This document shows, piece after piece, positions 28,574-32,000 of a DNA stretch of 32,000 nt. How positions within the stretch are numbered: the first letter of the stretch is position 1; each line of letters starts with the position of its first letter. The notes beneath the pieces were generated by a model, which was given only the letters and a program-made list of their open reading frames with translations, was not told where the DNA came from and made no database searches. The position numbers and the translations under genes were made by a program. The stretch comes from Candidatus Saccharimonadota bacterium (GTDB taxonomy: Bacteria; Pseudomonadota; Gammaproteobacteria; Enterobacterales; Enterobacteriaceae_A), in assembly GCA_030849285.1 (NCBI GenBank), contig CP102982.1:30001-62000 (forward strand). The letters run 5' to 3'.

Positions 28574-29593
28574 TTAATTTACACTTGCATCATAAAATTT
28601 TGCTTTTTTAATATCAAATTTATTTTGAATATTATTTTCTTTAATATTTTTAGATTCAATTTCAATACCTAATTTATTCAATAATTTTAAATCTTTATCT
28701 TCTTTTGGATTAGGTGTAGTTAATAATTTACACCCATAAAATATAGAATTAGCACCAGCCATAAAACACATAGCTTGAGTTTGTTCATTCATATTTTCTC
28801 TACCAGCTGAAAGACGAATATAAGAATTAGGCATCATTACTCTAGCAATAGCAACTATTTTAATAAAATCAAATGGATCAATATCTTTATTCTTTTCTAA
28901 AGGTGTTCCACTAATTTTAACTAACATATTTATAGGTACACTTTCTGGAGGTATTTTCATATTTGCTAATTGCATTAATAAAATCATTCTATCTTTAATA
29001 CCTTCTCCTAATCCAATAATTCCACCTGAACAAACTTTAATACCTACATTTCTAACATTTTTAATAGTATCAAGTCTTTCTTTATAACTACGAGTTGTAA
29101 TAATTTTTTTATAATATTCAGGAGAAGTATCTATATTATGATTATAATAATCTAAACCAGCTTTATATAAAATTTTAGCTTGATTTTTATTTAAAGAACC
29201 TAAAGTCATACATGTTTCAAGACCCATATTTTTTACTTTTTCAACAATATTTTTTAAATATGGCATATCTTTATCTTTGGGATTTTTCCAAGCGGCACCC
29301 ATACAAAATCTTGTTGAACCATTTTTTTTAGCTTTATTAGCTGCTTCTAGAATTTTATTAATTTTAATTAAACGTTCTTTTTCTATTCCAGTTTTATATC
29401 TAGAACTTTGGGGACAATATTTACAATCTTCAGGACAAGCTCCAGTTTTAATAGATAAAAGAGTACTTATTTGAATTTTATTAGGTTTAAAATTTTTTCT
29501 ATGTATATTTTGTGCTAAAAATATTAATTCTAATAATGGTTTATTAAAGAGTTCTTTTGTTTTATTAATTGTCCAATAAACTTTATTATTCAT
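28574..29593 (-). CDS. bioB: biotin synthase (radical SAM)
   Basis: 339 aa with [34 protein letters not shown] and the C-terminal region collinear with E. coli BioB. Confidence 0.96.
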   Translation of the reverse strand: MNNKVYWTINKTKELFNKPLLELIFLAQNIHRKNFKPNKIQISTLLSIKTGACPEDCKYCPQSSRYKTGIEKERLIKINKILEAANKAKKNGSTRFCMGAAWKNPKDKDMPYLKNIVEKVKNMGLETCMTLGSLNKNQAKILYKAGLDYYNHNIDTSPEYYKKIITTRSYKERLDTIKNVRNVGIKVCSGGIIGLGEGIKDRMILLMQLANMKIPPESVPINMLVKISGTPLEKNKDIDPFDFIKIVAIARVMMPNSYIRLSAGRENMNEQTQAMCFMAGANSIFYGCKLLTTPNPKEDKDLKLLNKLGIEIESKNIKENNIQNKFDIKKAKFYDASVN

Positions 29594-29638
29594 TATAAAT
29601 ATCCTATTAAATTAATAGTTTTTAAGAAAAAAAATTTA

Positions 29639-29657
29639 ATATATATATATATATATA
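29639..29657. repeat. (AT)9.5 dinucleotide repeat in the bioB/bioA divergent spacer
   Basis: Direct reading shows 19 nt of strictly alternating AT, 38 nt upstream of the bioA ATG. Confidence 0.9.
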
Positions 29658-29694
29658 ATGTCAACTATTATTATTTTTAATATATAATATATTT

Positions 29695-30969
29695 ATGTTT
29701 ATTAAAATAACTAAAAAAAAATTTGATAAAAATTATATTTGGCACCCATATACTTCTATAACTAAACCATTAAAATGTTATTTAATTAAAAATGCAAAAG
29801 GTGCTATATTAAAACTAAAAAATGGTACTAATTTAATAGATGGAATGTCTTCTTGGTGGTCTTGTATACATGGTTATAATAATTCAATACTTAATAAATC
29901 AATAAAAAAACAATTAAAAAAAATATCACATATTATGTTTGGGGGTTTTACTCATAAAGAAGCTATAAAATTATGTAATAATTTAATTAATATTACACCT
30001 AAAAAATTAAAATGTGTATTTTTAGCAGATTCAGGTTCTGTTGCAATTGAAATTGCGTTAAAAATGGCATTACAATATTGGCAATCAAAGGGTGAATATC
30101 GAAAAAAAGTTTTAACATTAAAACAAGGTTATCATGGAGATACTTTTGGAGCTATGTCAGTATGTGACCCAGAAAATTCAATGCATAATATATATAAAAA
30201 ATATTTAACAACACATATTTTTGCTGAATCACCAAAATGTAAATTTAATAATATTTGGGATAAAAATGATATTAATTCTTTTAAATATTTAATAAGTAAA
30301 CATTCAAAAGAAATTGCTTGTGTTATTTTAGAACCAATTGTACAAGGAGCAGGTGGGATGAAAATTTATAATCCAAATTATTTAAAAAAAGTAAGTGAAT
30401 TATGTAAAAAATATAAAATTTTACTAATATTAGATGAAATAGCAACAGGGTTTGGACGTACTGGTAAATTATTTGCATTCGAACATTCAAAAATTATACC
30501 CGATATATTATGTTTAGGAAAATCATTAACAGGAGGATATATGACTTTATCTGCTACTATTACTACAAAAAAAATTGCAAATATTATAAGTAATAATAAA
30601 TCTGGTTGTTTTATGCACGGTCCTACTTTTATGGGTAATCCATTAGCATGTTCAGTTGCTAATGCGAATATAAAAATTTTAAATAAAAATAAATGGAAAA
30701 AAAAAGTTAAATATATAGAAAATTATTTTAAAAAAAAATTAATACCATTAATAAATTATGATAAAATATTAGATATAAGAATATTAGGTGCAATTGGAGT
30801 AATAGAAACATTTAATTTTATTGATACAAATAAAATACAAAGATTTTTAATTAATAATGGTGTTTGGGTTAAACCATTTAGAAAATTAATATATTTAATG
30901 CCACCATTTATAATAAAAAAAAAAGAATTAAAAATTTTAATAAATTCAATAATAAATTTATTCAAATAA
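29695..30969 (+). CDS. bioA: adenosylmethionine-8-amino-7-oxononanoate aminotransferase
   Basis: 424 aa with WHPYT, SSWW..IHGYN, GSVAIE.ALKMA, DEIATGFGRTGKLFA and CLGKSLTGGY (PLP lysine context). It is divergent from bioB as in E. coli. Confidence 0.95.
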   Translation: MFIKITKKKFDKNYIWHPYTSITKPLKCYLIKNAKGAILKLKNGTNLIDGMSSWWSCIHGYNNSILNKSIKKQLKKISHIMFGGFTHKEAIKLCNNLINITPKKLKCVFLADSGSVAIEIALKMALQYWQSKGEYRKKVLTLKQGYHGDTFGAMSVCDPENSMHNIYKKYLTTHIFAESPKCKFNNIWDKNDINSFKYLISKHSKEIACVILEPIVQGAGGMKIYNPNYLKKVSELCKKYKILLILDEIATGFGRTGKLFAFEHSKIIPDILCLGKSLTGGYMTLSATITTKKIANIISNNKSGCFMHGPTFMGNPLACSVANANIKILNKNKWKKKVKYIENYFKKKLIPLINYDKILDIRILGAIGVIETFNFIDTNKIQRFLINNGVWVKPFRKLIYLMPPFIIKKKELKILINSIINLFK

Positions 30970-31101
30970 TTAAATTAATTTTAAATTTTTTATTAATAAT
31001 GTAATTTTATAAAAATTATTTTATTAAAAAATATAATATAAATTTATTTTAATTTAATTAAATTTAAATATTTTCAAATATTAAAATATTAAGAGAAAAT
31101 A

Positions 31102-32000
31102 ATGAATAAAAGTACTTATAGTATTAGAAAAAAATTTCTTAAATTTTTTAAATCTAAAAATCATAAAATTTTAAAAAGTAGTAAACTTATATCCAAAAAC
31201 GATAAAACTTTACTTTTTACAAACTCAGGTATGAATCAATTTAAAAATATTTTTTTAGGATTAGAAAAAATTAATTATTCACGTATTGCAACATCTCAAC
31301 GTTGTATTAGAGTAGGAGGTAAAAATAATGATTTAGAAAATGTAGGGAAAACTACATATCATCATACATTTTTTGAAATGTTAGGAAATTTTAGTTTTAA
31401 TGATTATTTTAAATTTGATGCTATTAATTATGCATGGGAATTATTAACTAGTAAAAATTGGTTTAATTTACCTAAAAAAAATATATTAGTTACTGTATAT
31501 GCTTCTGATAATGAAACATTTAATATATGGAAAAATAATATTAAATTAAATAAAAAACAAATAATTCTTATTGGTGATAATAAAAATATACCATTTAAAT
31601 CTGATAATTTTTGGGAAATGGGTGTAAATTATCCATGTGGGCCTTGTACTGAAATTTTTTACGATAAAGGTAATAATTTTAAAGGAAGTTTACCAGGAAA
31701 AAAAAAAAAAAATAAAAATGAAAGATATATTGAAATTTGGAACATTGTATTCATGCAATTTATTTATGAATATAATAAAACCATAAAACCATTATCTACT
31801 TTATCAATAGATACTGGTATGGGTTTAGAAAGAATATCATCAATAATACAAAAAGTAAATTCTAATTATGAAATTGATTTATTTAAAGAAATAATTAATA
31901 AAATAAAAAAAATTTCTAATTATAAAAATATTAATAAAAAATCAATTTATATTATAGCTGACCATATTCGTTCATCCGCATTTTTAATTTTAGATGGTGT
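31102..32000 (+). CDS. alaS: alanyl-tRNA synthetase, 5' partial (runs off the window)
   Basis: This is not in the ORF track because it is open-ended. My translation from ATG 31102 gives [24 protein letters not shown]...[17 protein letters not shown]...[18 protein letters not shown]...[13 protein letters not shown]...[10 protein letters not shown]...[13 protein letters not shown]...DTGMGLERI...ADHIRS. This is collinear with E. coli AlaRS, with no stops to position 32000. Confidence 0.93.
   Translation, partial: MNKSTYSIRKKFLKFFKSKNHKILKSSKLISKNDKTLLFTNSGMNQFKNIFLGLEKINYSRIATSQRCIRVGGKNNDLENVGKTTYHHTFFEMLGNFSFNDYFKFDAINYAWELLTSKNWFNLPKKNILVTVYASDNETFNIWKNNIKLNKKQIILIGDNKNIPFKSDNFWEMGVNYPCGPCTEIFYDKGNNFKGSLPGKKKKNKNERYIEIWNIVFMQFIYEYNKTIKPLSTLSIDTGMGLERISSIIQKVNSNYEIDLFKEIINKIKKISNYKNINKKSIYIIADHIRSSAFLILDG

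Noticed and set aside
29277-29474. 65-aa ORF antisense to bioB
   Set aside because: It is a shadow ORF inside bioB.
30756-30965. 69-aa ORF antisense to the 3' end of bioA
   Set aside because: It is a shadow ORF inside bioA.
1-32000. CRISPR arrays, IS or transposase genes, integrases, prophage, toxin-antitoxin or defence islands, rRNA operons
   Set aside because: There are no spaced direct repeats, no ORFs without a housekeeping assignment and no rRNA-like G+C islands. The only non-coding conserved-looking segments are the three tRNAs and rnpB.

Overview
This window is a gene-dense piece of an extremely A+T-rich, highly reduced gammaproteobacterial genome. G+C looks well under 20% overall by eye, and spacers hold only a few percent. 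The proteins align closely to E. coli orthologues I recalled from memory, and several microsyntenies are kept: rlmE-ftsH, prfB-lysS, aceE-aceF, leuS-holA and bioA|bioB. This fits an obligate insect-endosymbiont type genome, but I cannot name the organism from sequence alone. I can support 22 protein genes: ribB, def, asnS, rsmA, lipA, ftsH, rlmE, glnS, dnaQ, gltX, pfkA, prfB, lysS, gyrB, mdfA, holA, leuS, aceF, aceE, bioD, bioB, bioA and a 5' partial alaS. I also support 3 tRNAs (Val-GAC, initiator Met-CAT, Phe-GAA) and RNase P RNA. Every long ORF in the track is either one of these or a spurious antisense ORF inside one. I found no mobile elements, CRISPR, defence or toxin loci, or orphan genes, so I do not see a convincing new multi-gene system. 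The observations most worth a second look are: (1) rlmE is split by a 1-nt frameshift inside an A11 tract while both halves stay conserved. (2) Coding regions carry very many in-frame A11-A17 tracts. (3) prfB has no programmed frameshift and a degenerate SPF motif, and all 22 stop codons in the window are TAA. (4) The initiator tRNA has an A1:U72 pair. (5) The biotin locus is trimmed to bioA|bioB-bioD. (6) Two long stem-loops sit at convergent gene junctions. (7) There are several small tandem or palindromic repeats and an ~800-bp, ~3% G+C gene desert. All homology statements rest on manual comparison to remembered E. coli sequences and motifs. No searches or covariance models were run.
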